The notes: generated by a model from the sequence alone, not told the origin. Counted from the stretch's first letter, positions 45,313-55,204 are shown. The stretch: DNA of 64,000 nucleotides from Clostridia bacterium (GCA_017483305.1 JAFULC010000055.1:2835-66834); one strand, 5' to 3'. Program-made: numbers and translations.

Positions 45313-46611
45313 ATGAAAACAAATTGTCGCAAAACGTTCGTGCGAGTTATATGCTTCGCATTGTTTCTCTGCCTCGTCCTGCCGTTTTCGTCCTGCAAGA
45401 AGGGAATTACGCCCGAAAATAAGGAAACCACCGTCTATATTGCAACCGACATTCATCTTTTTTCGGACACTCTTGTAGGAGAGGATAATCAGGTCTATCT
45501 TAAAGACAAATTCACGAGCGACGGACGCATTCAAGAGTATGATTACGAGCTCGTAAAGGCTCTGGTTGATAAGGTAAATGATTCACAGCCCGACTTTTTG
45601 GTGCTCACGGGAGACCTGAGCTTCAACGGCGAGAAGGACTCGCATACCGAGCTTGCCCGACTTCTCGGAGAGGTAAACGATAGCACTCAGGTGCTCGTTA
45701 TCCCCGGCAATCATGACGTCTATTCGCTTGATGCCGTATCGGTGCTGAATGACACCATAGAATCGATACCGGGTATCAGCGCGGATGAATTCAGAAAAAT
45801 TTACGCCGATTTCGGCTACTCGGGAGCGTTATCCTGCGACGAAAGCTCGCTCAGCTACATTTACGAGCTTGACGACGACAAATGGGCGCTTATGCTCGAC
45901 ACCACACAGTCAAAATATAACGAGCAGAACGGTCAAGGGATCGTTGGCGGCTTTCTCGAGAGCGAAACACTCCGTTGGCTCGAGGAAAAGCTTGCATACG
46001 CCAAGGAAAACAATATTACTGTTATATCCTTTACCCACCACAATCTGACCGTACATAACGAGCTTTTCAAAACGAGCTATACCCTCGGCAACTACGAGCA
46101 AATTCTCGCGCTTTATGCGAAATACGGCGTAAAGCTTAACTTTTCGGGCCATTTGCATATTCAGAGTATCAAGAGTGAGAAAATAGACGGCGAGCAGATA
46201 TACGATATCTGCGGAGGCTCCTTGCTTGACTATGGCAACCGCTACGGAGTGCTGGAGATCTACGAAAATTGCTACTCCTACGAGTCCTTCAAGCTTGATG
46301 TGAGCACATACGCAGAGGATCTCGAGCAATATTCCTTCGACGTGTTCTGCAAAAAATATTACAATAAAACTCTCTGGAGCTATCTCGGCAGTATGGGAGA
46401 GGAGCAGGGAACAAAAGCGGTGAAGCTGCTCAGTGAAATAAACTCATATTACTTCGACGGCGATTACGAAAAAATATCCGCACTCGTAAAGAAAAACAAA
46501 AAGCTTGTCCGTCAGATCAAGGAGAATACCCCTTACTACGAAACCTCTTACGTCAAATCGATAATCGAGGTGGAGAAAAAGAACCAGCACAAGCTTATAA
46601 TTGAACGGTAA
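45313..46611 (+). CDS. calcineurin-like metallophosphoesterase, predicted lipoprotein
   Basis: Lipobox LPFSSC; motifs TDIH, LTGDLSFNG, PGNHD, FTHHNL, SGHLH. Confidence 0.8.
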   Translation: MKTNCRKTFVRVICFALFLCLVLPFSSCKKGITPENKETTVYIATDIHLFSDTLVGEDNQVYLKDKFTSDGRIQEYDYELVKALVDKVNDSQPDFLVLTGDLSFNGEKDSHTELARLLGEVNDSTQVLVIPGNHDVYSLDAVSVLNDTIESIPGISADEFRKIYADFGYSGALSCDESSLSYIYELDDDKWALMLDTTQSKYNEQNGQGIVGGFLESETLRWLEEKLAYAKENNITVISFTHHNLTVHNELFKTSYTLGNYEQILALYAKYGVKLNFSGHLHIQSIKSEKIDGEQIYDICGGSLLDYGNRYGVLEIYENCYSYESFKLDVSTYAEDLEQYSFDVFCKKYYNKTLWSYLGSMGEEQGTKAVKLLSEINSYYFDGDYEKISALVKKNKKLVRQIKENTPYYETSYVKSIIEVEKKNQHKLIIER

Positions 46612-46619
46612 TCATTAAT

Positions 46620-46650
46620 AGAAATCCCGCGGCATAGCCGCGGGATTTCT
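46620..46650. terminator. bidirectional terminator
   Basis: gaaatcccgcgg-catag-ccgcgggatttc between convergent genes. Confidence 0.75.
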
Positions 46651-46665
46651 ATATAGCAAAACAGA

Positions 46666-46896
46666 TCACTTTTCCTCGAGCTCCCAGATATATCCGCAGC
46701 CCGTAAGAAAATCGTATTTTCTCTCACAGTTTTTGCACTCAAACCAGACCGAGTAGTCGCCAAATCCTACAACACGCTCGTCGATGATCCTGCCCTTACC
46801 GCAGGGACAGGCGTATTCGATGTGGAGCGTGGGATGGTTTGCACCCTTTGGGTAGCGATCCTCGCGTAGCAAAACCTTTGCATTTCTGTCGTTCAT
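46666..46896 (-). CDS. small Cys-rich (zinc-ribbon-like) protein, 76 aa
   Basis: CPCG...CKNC pairs. Lies 29 nt downstream of pepF on the same strand. Confidence 0.55.
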   Translation of the reverse strand: MNDRNAKVLLREDRYPKGANHPTLHIEYACPCGKGRIIDERVVGFGDYSVWFECKNCERKYDFLTGCGYIWELEEK

Positions 46897-46925
46897 ATCG
46901 GTCTCCTTTGTGTATTTCTTGGCGA

Positions 46926-48686
46926 TTATTTGCTCGTTTCTGCAATGAACTCGTCGATCTTGTCGGCTATTACCTGAAGGCTCTTTCTCCAGAACTCAGG
47001 CTTGGTAAGATCGATTCCCGCGATCTTTGCTACGTTTTCAATCGTGTCAACCGTAGTAGCCTTAAGCAAAGCACGGTACTTGGGGAGAAATTCTTCCCCC
47101 TCCTCGAGATATTTTGCATAAAGTCCGCGAGAAAAGAGTCCGCCGAATGCGTAGGGGAAGTTGTAGTAGCTCAATCCTGCACTATAGTAGTGACTCTTGC
47201 AGCACCACATATACGGATGAAGATATTCGGGATCAAGAGCATCGCCAAACGCCTCCTTTTGCGCGTTGATCATAATGCCTTCAAGATCCTTTGCAAACAT
47301 AAAGGTGCTCTTGCGGCGACGAATCACCTCGTCTTCAAAGAGGAAGCGAGAGTAAATATCAACAATAGTTTGTGTGCAATCCTGAATCTGACTCTCGATA
47401 AGCTGAATCTTTTCCTCGCCCGATGACTTCGCGATAGCGTTATTAACGATTATAAGTTCGTTGAAATTGGATGCGGTCTCGGCAACGGGCATAGTATAGC
47501 CGGTGTTAAGCGGACGATGATCCTGAATCATCATTCCGTGGTAGGCGTGACCGAGCTCGTGAGCGAGAGTTACAACCGAGCCAAAGCTTCCCGAGAAGTT
47601 TGTGAGAATTCGGCTCTGCTTGAGGAAGGGAAGGTTGGAGCAGAATGCGCCGCCGACCTTTCCGGGACGGGAATAGAAATCGATCCACTCGTTCTTGAAC
47701 GCCTCGTCAACCATCTCGGCAAGATCGGGAGCAAAGCTTTCGAAATGCTCAACAAGGTATTTGTGGGCCTCCTCGGCAGTAAAGATCTTTTCGCTTGCAT
47801 TGCCCATAGGAGCCAATATTTCGTACCAAGGCAAACCGTTATTATATCCAAGCAAGCTTGCCTTGTGCTTGAGGTACTGACGGAACTTGGGCAGATACTC
47901 GCGCATAGCTTCAAGCATTGCATCAAGCGTTGCCCTTTGCATTCTGGAATGCTCAAGGGTCATATCAAGAGGACTTTCATATCCTCGCAGCTCTGCCTCG
48001 GTGTTGACCTGAGCCTTTATGCTGTTAAGTGCAAATGCAACCGAGTCCTTATACTTACCGTAGCAGGCAAGCTCCGCCTCGTAAGCTGCCTTTCTCTCCT
48101 CCGCATCGTTACTTTCCGCGAGACCGCGAATCGCCGCCAGAGTGGTTTTTTCGCCCTTGTAATCGACCTCAACGGTAGCAGTTAGATAGGAGAAAAGATC
48201 TCCCCACGCGCGGCCGCCCGAAACATTCAGCTTAGCGAATACAGCCTCGGCCTCGTCGCTCATGTTATGAGAAACCGCCTGCTTTATTTCTCCGAAATAG
48301 AACGCGTATTCCGAAAGCACCTCGTCATTGGCAATGACCTCGTCAATATTTTTTATGCTGCCAACGTACTTTTCAAACATAACGTTTTCCTTCGCCATGC
48401 CCGACATAAGCATCTGGATCTTGGTCTGAGGAACCGAGACCTCCGAGTCAGCGCTGTTGGTAGAGCGACGGAGACTAAAATATCCTGCCAGACGGCGCAC
48501 AAGAAGGTAGGTCGCTTCCTTCAGATCAATAATTTTACGAAGAGTGCCTACGGTGTCATCGTATGACAGGCACGCAATGGCGGCTTTATACTCCGCTACG
48601 TTTTTTTCAAGCTTTTCCATATCGCACTGAAGCGCGGGATCATTCATTCCCTTGTAAAAGACATCAAGTGACCATTCGTTATACAT
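46926..48686 (-). CDS. pepF: oligoendopeptidase F family (M3B) metallopeptidase
   Basis: HELGHAYH zinc motif. 586 aa from ATG 48686 with AAGGAGA upstream. Confidence 0.9.
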   Translation of the reverse strand: MYNEWSLDVFYKGMNDPALQCDMEKLEKNVAEYKAAIACLSYDDTVGTLRKIIDLKEATYLLVRRLAGYFSLRRSTNSADSEVSVPQTKIQMLMSGMAKENVMFEKYVGSIKNIDEVIANDEVLSEYAFYFGEIKQAVSHNMSDEAEAVFAKLNVSGGRAWGDLFSYLTATVEVDYKGEKTTLAAIRGLAESNDAEERKAAYEAELACYGKYKDSVAFALNSIKAQVNTEAELRGYESPLDMTLEHSRMQRATLDAMLEAMREYLPKFRQYLKHKASLLGYNNGLPWYEILAPMGNASEKIFTAEEAHKYLVEHFESFAPDLAEMVDEAFKNEWIDFYSRPGKVGGAFCSNLPFLKQSRILTNFSGSFGSVVTLAHELGHAYHGMMIQDHRPLNTGYTMPVAETASNFNELIIVNNAIAKSSGEEKIQLIESQIQDCTQTIVDIYSRFLFEDEVIRRRKSTFMFAKDLEGIMINAQKEAFGDALDPEYLHPYMWCCKSHYYSAGLSYYNFPYAFGGLFSRGLYAKYLEEGEEFLPKYRALLKATTVDTIENVAKIAGIDLTKPEFWRKSLQVIADKIDEFIAETSK

Positions 48687-48718
48687 TTGATTTCTCCTTA
48701 ATTTATATGTTTTAATTT

Positions 48719-49480
48719 TCAATCCGCTATTACAATATACGCCACATTGATGCAGGGCGCAGATATCGGCGCGTATTCGGTGTCATATACCGTTTTTTCG
48801 TCCGTGCCCTCGCCGTATATGATGATAATATCGCCCGCAATATAGTTGCTGACCTCATCCTGCGAACAGTCGCGAATCAGTATCTGATATTTTCCCTCGG
48901 TATCGGAGCACAGATAATAGGTGTTGTATTTGCTTTGCTCCCAATCGGTAAATTTTTCCTTAACGATCAGACTCGCCGTTAAAAAATCACCTTCATACCG
49001 CTCGGAATGTCTGTAATAATCCTCAACGCTGACACTGTCGCACTCCGCGATATATTCCTCGCGGGATAGCGAGGTATTGACCGGCTTGTCAAAAAGATCA
49101 AATATTCCCGATAAAAGCGAAAAACCGAACGTCGAGAGCAACAGCCACGCAACTCCGATCGCCACCACGGCGAGCTTTTGAGACTTTTTGTGAGGACTTG
49201 TAACAAGCAGGATAATTCCAATAATCGGCGCAAATATAAGCGCGAGAATTATGCACCACCAGCTATGATACCAGGATACAAAAATAACTCTTCCCGAGTC
49301 GCCGGAGCGCCGCCTCTGCGGCTTGACCTTCGCTCTGTTTCCCGCGCGCATTTCCTCGGGACACTCCTTACCGCAAAGAGGGCAGTTATCTCCATCGAAA
49401 AAGCATCTGCAATCGGGGCATTTATTAAGATCGGGTCTGTCAAGCTCACTTGAATCGTGAGCGCCAAGCATACGTCCCAT
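48719..49480 (-). CDS. zinc-ribbon membrane protein, function unknown
   Basis: CPDCRC...CPLCGKEC, then two TM helices and a soluble C-terminal domain. 253 aa. Confidence 0.65.
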   Translation of the reverse strand: MGRMLGAHDSSELDRPDLNKCPDCRCFFDGDNCPLCGKECPEEMRAGNRAKVKPQRRRSGDSGRVIFVSWYHSWWCIILALIFAPIIGIILLVTSPHKKSQKLAVVAIGVAWLLLSTFGFSLLSGIFDLFDKPVNTSLSREEYIAECDSVSVEDYYRHSERYEGDFLTASLIVKEKFTDWEQSKYNTYYLCSDTEGKYQILIRDCSQDEVSNYIAGDIIIIYGEGTDEKTVYDTEYAPISAPCINVAYIVIAD

Positions 49481-49585
49481 ATATTTCTCCCTTTCTCCGC
49501 TCGCGGCGGCACAAAAAACAATCCGTTAACAAGCGCATATTGCCGATAAAAAACTTGCCCTGCACCTGTTGTCCTTGCAAAAATA

Positions 49586-50353
49586 TCAGAATCTTATTCT
49601 TGAGATCTTCGTCATTTTCGTCCCGTCGGTCTCAAAAATGACGGCATCGGACTTTATTTCTCCGTCCGCAACAATAAATTGAGACGGCATATGCATTCTC
49701 ATCTTGCGAAGCACACGCTCGCTGTCGGTTCCAAGAATTCCGTTTACAGGACCGGTCATTCCAAGATCGGTGACGTAGGCGGTGCCCCCGGGCAATATCT
49801 GACAGTCCGAAGTCGGAACGTGAGTGTGTGTGCCGAAGATCATATCGATCCTTCCGTCGAAAACTCGTGCCATCGCGTATTTTTCCGAGGTCGCCTCGGC
49901 GTGAAAATCGAGCAGGGAAAGATCGTATTCGCCCTCCTCGCGCGCAAGTATGTATTCGATCGCCTCAAAGGGATCGGCAAGCGGCTCCATAAAGGCAACG
50001 CCCTGCGCGTTCATGCAGAGAAGCCTGTATCCGCAAATGTCCACGGTCGTGTACGAGCAACCGGGCGCGTTTCCCGGGTAGTTTGCGGGTCTGATGATCT
50101 TGTCGGGGTTGTCGTCAAGAAAATTATACAGATCGCGCTTCGACCAGGTGTGATTTCCCATTGTGATAAGGTCCACGCCCGAATCAAGTATCTTTTGGGC
50201 ATCGGATGCGCCAAGACCGTGTATTTCGGTGGCGTTTTCGCCGTTAGCAACAACGAAATCAATGCCGAGCTTACGCCGCAGACTCCACAAATTCTGTTTC
50301 AAATGCTCTATCGCCCGAACACCGACGATATCGCCTATTGCAAGTATCTTCAT
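49586..50353 (-). CDS. ymdB: YmdB-like metallophosphoesterase (TIGR00282 family)
   Basis: MKILAIGDIVG, VVANGENA, GNHTW, GTHTHVPT motifs. 255 aa. Confidence 0.9.
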   Translation of the reverse strand: MKILAIGDIVGVRAIEHLKQNLWSLRRKLGIDFVVANGENATEIHGLGASDAQKILDSGVDLITMGNHTWSKRDLYNFLDDNPDKIIRPANYPGNAPGCSYTTVDICGYRLLCMNAQGVAFMEPLADPFEAIEYILAREEGEYDLSLLDFHAEATSEKYAMARVFDGRIDMIFGTHTHVPTSDCQILPGGTAYVTDLGMTGPVNGILGTDSERVLRKMRMHMPSQFIVADGEIKSDAVIFETDGTKMTKISRIRF

Positions 50354-50373
50354 TTCAAAATCTTTCTATATAT

Positions 50374-51765
50374 TTATTTTCCTACGCAGAAGTTAGCAAA
50401 TATCCGCGAGACTATGTCCTCAGAAACGGTCCTGCCGTCAAGCTCGCCGAGTACAGAGAGGGTGTTTTCGATCTCGGCACAGCAGATCTCAAGAGGGAGG
50501 TCTGCCGAAATCGCATTGATCGCGATCTCAAGTGCCTCAATAGCCGATCCAACCGATGCCGCTTGACGCGCGTTAGATATGATAGCATCGCTGCCCGTGT
50601 CGAGATCGTTGTCGATATATAATTGCTCTATCAAAAAAGCAAGCCTGTCGAACCCGTCGCCCGACTCCGCAGAGACCTGACAAATATGATCGAATTTCGA
50701 CAAAAGACCGTTAACCTCGGGCAATATTCCAAGATCGCTCTTGTTGACTATAGCTACCTTGACCCCACTCAGATTATTCAGATATTCAACAAAATCCATA
50801 TCCTTTTCATCGGGTACTCGACTTCCGTCAAACACCGCCAATATAAGCTCCGCAGACTCTGCCGTCTGGCGAGCTCGGTCTATTCCGATCCTTTCAACCG
50901 CGTCTCCCGATTCTCGAAGGCCCGCGGTGTCGGAAAGACGAAGAATAACTCTGCCAAGCTTTGCGGTCTCGGTCAGCACGTCGCGCGTCGTTCCCTCGAT
51001 ATCGGTAACTATTGCCGCATCTCTACCGACTATTCGATTGTAAAGCGAGCTTTTGCCCGCGTTGGTTCTGCCTAAAATTACGGTCGGTATACCGCTCATA
51101 ACGGCGCGACCCGTAGAATAGGTTTTAGAAAGCCTTTTGAGTCGGTCTATATTTTTGATCGCAACCGCCAACGCTTCCTCGTGGTTGATCTCGGCAAGAT
51201 CCTCGTCGGGATAGTCGATATGAGCGTAAATTGCCGCAAGCACGTTGCAAAGAGAATCGTATATCTCTCCGACCTCACCCGACAAAACGCCCTTCATTCC
51301 CGAACGAGCAAGCATTATTTGCTCGTCGGTCTGTGCCTCGAGAAGATCGCCCAGCGCCTCCGCGCTCGTAAGACTCATTTTGCCGTTTATAAATGATCTT
51401 TTCGTAAACTCTCCGGGCAAAGCCATCCTCGCCCCCGCCATCAGCAGAGCGGACAGCACCTTTTGTGTCACAAGCACACCGCCATGACAGGAGATCTCCA
51501 CAGTATCCTCGCCCGTAAACGAGCTCGGCGCACGGAAGCAGACGGCGATTCCGTCGTCTATCGGTATCCTTTTGCCGTCTTTTGTCTCGAAAATGCCGCC
51601 GTATACCGCCCTTGAGCTTGCGATTTCGCCAAGATGCTTGCCATTTTTGGGCTCAAACACTCTTGAAGCGACACTGATCGCATCCTCACCCGAAACGCGA
51701 AGCACGGCAATGCCGCCCTAGCCGTAAGGCGTGCTGATAGCGGCTATCGTATCAAGCTGATTCAT
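50374..51765 (-). CDS. mnmE: tRNA modification GTPase MnmE, reading frame interrupted by one in-frame TAG at codon 16
   Basis: ATG 51765 with GGAG upstream. The frame reads MNQLDTIAAISTPYG-TAG(51720-51718)-GGIAVLRVSGEDA, and continues through G1 GRTNAGKSS to the C-terminal FCVGK. Under the standard code the ORF restarts only at GTG 51705, so the gene would be annotated as a pseudogene or as N-terminally truncated. Confidence 0.85.
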
Positions 51766-51845
51766 AGAAATCTCCATTCCGCCGCTTGCGGCGGCATCAA
51801 TCTGTTTAAGCTCGGAAAAAGAAGTTTTCCTTGCTCCTCTTAACG

Positions 51846-51870
51846 ACAAAAGGCGGCTTGCGCCGCCCTC
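51846..51870 (-). terminator. rho-independent terminator after the HPr-like gene
   Basis: Minus strand ggcggc-gcaa-gccgcc followed by ttttg. Confidence 0.7.
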
Positions 51871-51882
51871 TGACTTTAATAA

Positions 51883-52113
51883 TTACTCAACGATAAAGGG
51901 CTTGAGCTGCTCGTGGAGCTTATCCGCGCCTTTTTCAGAATCATAGGTCAGCTTAATGGGCTGACGAAGATCAAGGCTGAAGATACCGAGAATGGACTTT
52001 CCGTCAACCTTGTATTTGCCGGACTCGAGGTCAACGTCTCCGTCAAATCCTACGAGAATATTAACAAGCTTATAAACGTCGTTGATTTCTTTTAACTGAA
52101 TATTGAGTGTCAT
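51883..52113 (-). CDS. HPr-family-like small protein lacking the His15 site
   Basis: VDGKSILGIFSLDL aligns with the HPr Ser46 region (KSIMGVMSLG). There is no His in the N-terminal 60 aa. 76 aa. Confidence 0.6.
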   Translation of the reverse strand: MTLNIQLKEINDVYKLVNILVGFDGDVDLESGKYKVDGKSILGIFSLDLRQPIKLTYDSEKGADKLHEQLKPFIVE

Positions 52114-52173
52114 TTGTTTCTTCCTTTCTTCATTGTGTTAATCTCTATATCCGTAAACGGATCCTACAAAATA

Positions 52174-52202
52174 ATTATATACTATTATTAAAAGTTTGTC
52201 AA
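52174..52202 (-). promoter_or_regulatory. SigA-type promoter of the HPr-like gene
   Basis: Minus strand TTGACA (52202-52197), 17 nt, TATAAT (52179-52174). Confidence 0.65.
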
Positions 52203-52454
52203 TAGATAAATTGTGCCGATATTAGTGCTTATTCGACGCCTTAAAATAAGCAAATTATGCAAATTGTTATTCGACTGAAAAAGTGCACAAAGAACAAAAC
52301 CTTTTATGCGCAAGGAAAATCGAAAGCAGTCGATATTATGCCGAAAAAGGAGAAAATTGCCCAAAAGCCTAATGGGGTATGGCTTTGGGAGATTTTGCCT
52401 GTTGAAATCTCTGTTGAAAATGTGGAAAACTCTTGGTCAATATCCACAAAAGAC

Positions 52455-53480
52455 TCAGATAACGCAGATCAGCTTCTCAAGAACGGCGTATCCGTCGCGC
52501 GTGCTTTTCACCTCAAGATCGGCGTCGCGGCATCGGCGCACCATGGTCCTGCACGCTTCTACTCTCGGACAGCCTCGCAGAGTCAGAGTAACTCTGTATT
52601 CGTGGATTCCGAGCACCCTTGATATCTCGCCCACGGTCAATCCGTCCGCGCTCAGTGATGAGATTGCCAGCATATCGCAGGCGGTTTTTGTGATCTCGCC
52701 CATGATCACTATTGGATCGGTCCTTCTTTGCTTGAGATCGGCAAGGATACTTAACGCCTCCTCCTTGCGCCCCGCTCCGATCGCGTTCGTAAAGGCAAAG
52801 GCATCGTATTCGGTGGCAGGCACCGCAATATTCTCAACGTCGCTCGTTGAAACCTCGTTCCGACCCATTGAAAGCACGTAGTAAGAAAGCTTGTCGGTCT
52901 CAGAAGCCAGCGCAAACATATCTCTTCCGCATCGCTCAACTACAAAAGCGCAGACCTCGGGGGATGCCGAGACTCCGTTGTGCTCAAAGTGCTTACCTAC
53001 CCATACGGCAAGGCGGTGCGGCGTGTTTTTCTCAAAAATGACGGGCTTGAGATATTCGCCGAGCTTTTTGAGCAGGGAAGACGGCTTTTTGGGAAGCATG
53101 CCCGGGTCAAATCGGTCTGCCGCCACGCTTATTATCACTGTATTGTAATCGTACTCATCAAGCTGCGCCAGAACCGCGCACAAGGCATCGGCATCCGTCG
53201 GCTTCATCGCACCGAGATCAATACCCGAAACGATAATGATCTTTCTCTCCGCCATCATAGGCAGAGGCATCATCGCGTCAAGCAAAGCATCGGGGGAGTA
53301 GGTAAAGGAGTCGAATTTTATTTCATTGAAAAAGGCAAGTGAGGGGTCGGGCGATATGGCCTCCGTTGCCGTATTCAGAGCAAAGCTCTTCATATAGTCC
53401 TCTTCGCCGAAAAACAGATATGCTTTGTCGGGATTAGTCTTTATCTCCTTTCGGAAATCCGCTTCCTTCATAATCTCCAT
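52455..53480 (-). CDS. holA: DNA polymerase III delta subunit
   Basis: 341 aa. The N-terminal AYLFFGEEDYMK pattern and the length match HolA. AGGAGG upstream of ATG 53480. Confidence 0.75.
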   Translation of the reverse strand: MEIMKEADFRKEIKTNPDKAYLFFGEEDYMKSFALNTATEAISPDPSLAFFNEIKFDSFTYSPDALLDAMMPLPMMAERKIIIVSGIDLGAMKPTDADALCAVLAQLDEYDYNTVIISVAADRFDPGMLPKKPSSLLKKLGEYLKPVIFEKNTPHRLAVWVGKHFEHNGVSASPEVCAFVVERCGRDMFALASETDKLSYYVLSMGRNEVSTSDVENIAVPATEYDAFAFTNAIGAGRKEEALSILADLKQRRTDPIVIMGEITKTACDMLAISSLSADGLTVGEISRVLGIHEYRVTLTLRGCPRVEACRTMVRRCRDADLEVKSTRDGYAVLEKLICVI

Positions 53481-53589
53481 AGGGCTCGTCCTCCTTTCCC
53501 GATAAGATGTAAGTTAATTATATCAGTTTTTATTCTCCAAGTCAAGCAATTTTAAAAATGTTAATAAAGAGCAAAATTTGATTATACTA

Positions 53590-53618
53590 TTGACTTTCGG
53601 GTCAAAAAATGTTATTAT
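53590..53618 (+). promoter_or_regulatory. SigA-type promoter of the MATE gene
   Basis: TTGACT 53590-53595, 17 nt, TATTAT 53613-53618. Confidence 0.5.
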
Positions 53619-53668
53619 AGTCCTGTTTGCGACAAAAATTAAGATTGTTATATAAAATTGGAGAAAAA

Positions 53669-55087
53669 ATGTTCAAAAAGAAGGTGACCGCGGCAGCAAA
53701 CGGTGCTCCCGCAGAAAACAAAATGGGTACCATGCCCATAAACAAGCTGCTTTTGAGCATGTCGTTGCCTATGGTGGCATCGATGCTTGTTCAGGCGCTT
53801 TATAACATAGTAGACAGCTTGTTCGTTGCAAGAATATCCGAGACACAGAACGAGCTGACCGCGATCTCGCTTGCCTTTGCGGCGCAGAACTTCATAATCG
53901 CCGTTGCAACAGGCACGGGCGTTGGCATAAACGCGCTTTTGTCCAAAAGCCTTGGTGAAAAGGATCACGAAAAGGCGAACAAGATCGCCGCAAACGGAGT
54001 TTTCCTCGCGCTTTGCAGCTACGTCGTGTTTCTCGTCCTCGGTCTGACCTGCATCAGAGGCTATATGGGCTGGATGACCTCCAACGAGGCAGTCATCGGC
54101 TTTGGCGAGGATTATCTTTCGGTCTGCTATATATGGTCGTTCGGCGTCTTCGGTCAGATAGTTATGGAAAGACTGATGATCTCAACGGGAAAGACCGGAC
54201 TTGCAATGGTGACGCAGGGAATAGGTGCTGTAATCAATATAATTCTTGACCCCATTTTCATCTTCACGCTCGGCATGGGCATCAAGGGCGCGGCAATAGC
54301 AACCGTTATCGGACAGATTGCGGCGTTTGTCCTCGGCATCTTCCTCAACGTAAAACATAACACCGACATAAAGCTCTCGTTCAAAAAATTCCGTCCCGAC
54401 GGAAAAATAATCGGCAAAATATACGCCATCGGTGTTCCCTCGATAGTTATGGCGTCGATCGGATCGGTCATGAACGTAATGTTCAACAGGGTGCTTGACA
54501 GCTTTACAACGCTCGTCAAGGGAACAGAGCAGACGATCGGTCAGATAGCTCAAAACGCGTTCGGAGTCTACTTCAAGCTCCAGAGCTTCATCTTTATGCC
54601 GGTATTCGGTCTCAATAACGGAATCGTTCCGATAGTTGCCTTCAACTACGGCGCGCAAAAGAGAAGAAGGATGACAAAGACGGTAAGACTCGGAATCACA
54701 TACGCCGTCGCCTATATGGCACTCGGTCTGCTTGCCTTCCAGCTCTTCCCCGAGCTCTTGCTTGGCTTCTTCAACATGCACGACCCCACCTCTCTTTCGA
54801 TTGCCGTGCCTTGCCTGAGAATAATCTCGATCTCCTTTGTTTTCGCGGGATTCTGTATCATTATCGGCTCGGTTTTCCAGGCACTTGGAAAGAGCATATA
54901 TTCAATGTTCGTATCGATCGCGCGTCAGCTTGTCGTGCTCGTCCCCGTAGCAATATTGCTCGCACGTCTTGGAAACGTAAGCGCGGTTTGGTGGGCTTTC
55001 CCCATAGCAGAGGTGATGTCGGTTATCGTCAGCACGGTATTTTTTGTGATCGTTTACAAAACCACGATCGCCAAAATTCCCGAATAA
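53669..55087 (+). CDS. MATE family efflux transporter
   Basis: 472 aa, 12 TM, N-terminal PINKLLLSMSLPMVASMLVQALYNIVDSLFVA typical of MATE. Start ATG 53669 with GGAGA upstream. Confidence 0.85.
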   Translation: MFKKKVTAAANGAPAENKMGTMPINKLLLSMSLPMVASMLVQALYNIVDSLFVARISETQNELTAISLAFAAQNFIIAVATGTGVGINALLSKSLGEKDHEKANKIAANGVFLALCSYVVFLVLGLTCIRGYMGWMTSNEAVIGFGEDYLSVCYIWSFGVFGQIVMERLMISTGKTGLAMVTQGIGAVINIILDPIFIFTLGMGIKGAAIATVIGQIAAFVLGIFLNVKHNTDIKLSFKKFRPDGKIIGKIYAIGVPSIVMASIGSVMNVMFNRVLDSFTTLVKGTEQTIGQIAQNAFGVYFKLQSFIFMPVFGLNNGIVPIVAFNYGAQKRRRMTKTVRLGITYAVAYMALGLLAFQLFPELLLGFFNMHDPTSLSIAVPCLRIISISFVFAGFCIIIGSVFQALGKSIYSMFVSIARQLVVLVPVAILLARLGNVSAVWWAFPIAEVMSVIVSTVFFVIVYKTTIAKIPE

Positions 55088-55174
55088 TCACTCAAAATTA
55101 ATTAAAAACCACGAAAAAAGTCCGAAGTTTGCTTAAAACTAGCGAAAAAAAGCAAGAAAAATTTTCAAAAGCCC

Positions 55175-55204
55175 TTGACAACGGACTAACTTATCGTGTA
55201 TAAT
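55175..55204 (+). promoter_or_regulatory. SigA-type promoter of rpmH
   Basis: TTGACA 55175-55180, 18 nt, TATAAT 55199-55204. Implies a leader of about 100 nt. Confidence 0.6.

Noticed and set aside
51718-51720. Interpreting the mnmE TAG specifically as pyrrolysine, or as a programmed recoding site
   Set aside because: Nothing in the window supports it: there are no pyl genes, no CUA tRNA and no obvious downstream recoding structure. The position is a variable surface residue. I report only the codon itself and the TAG-free stop usage.
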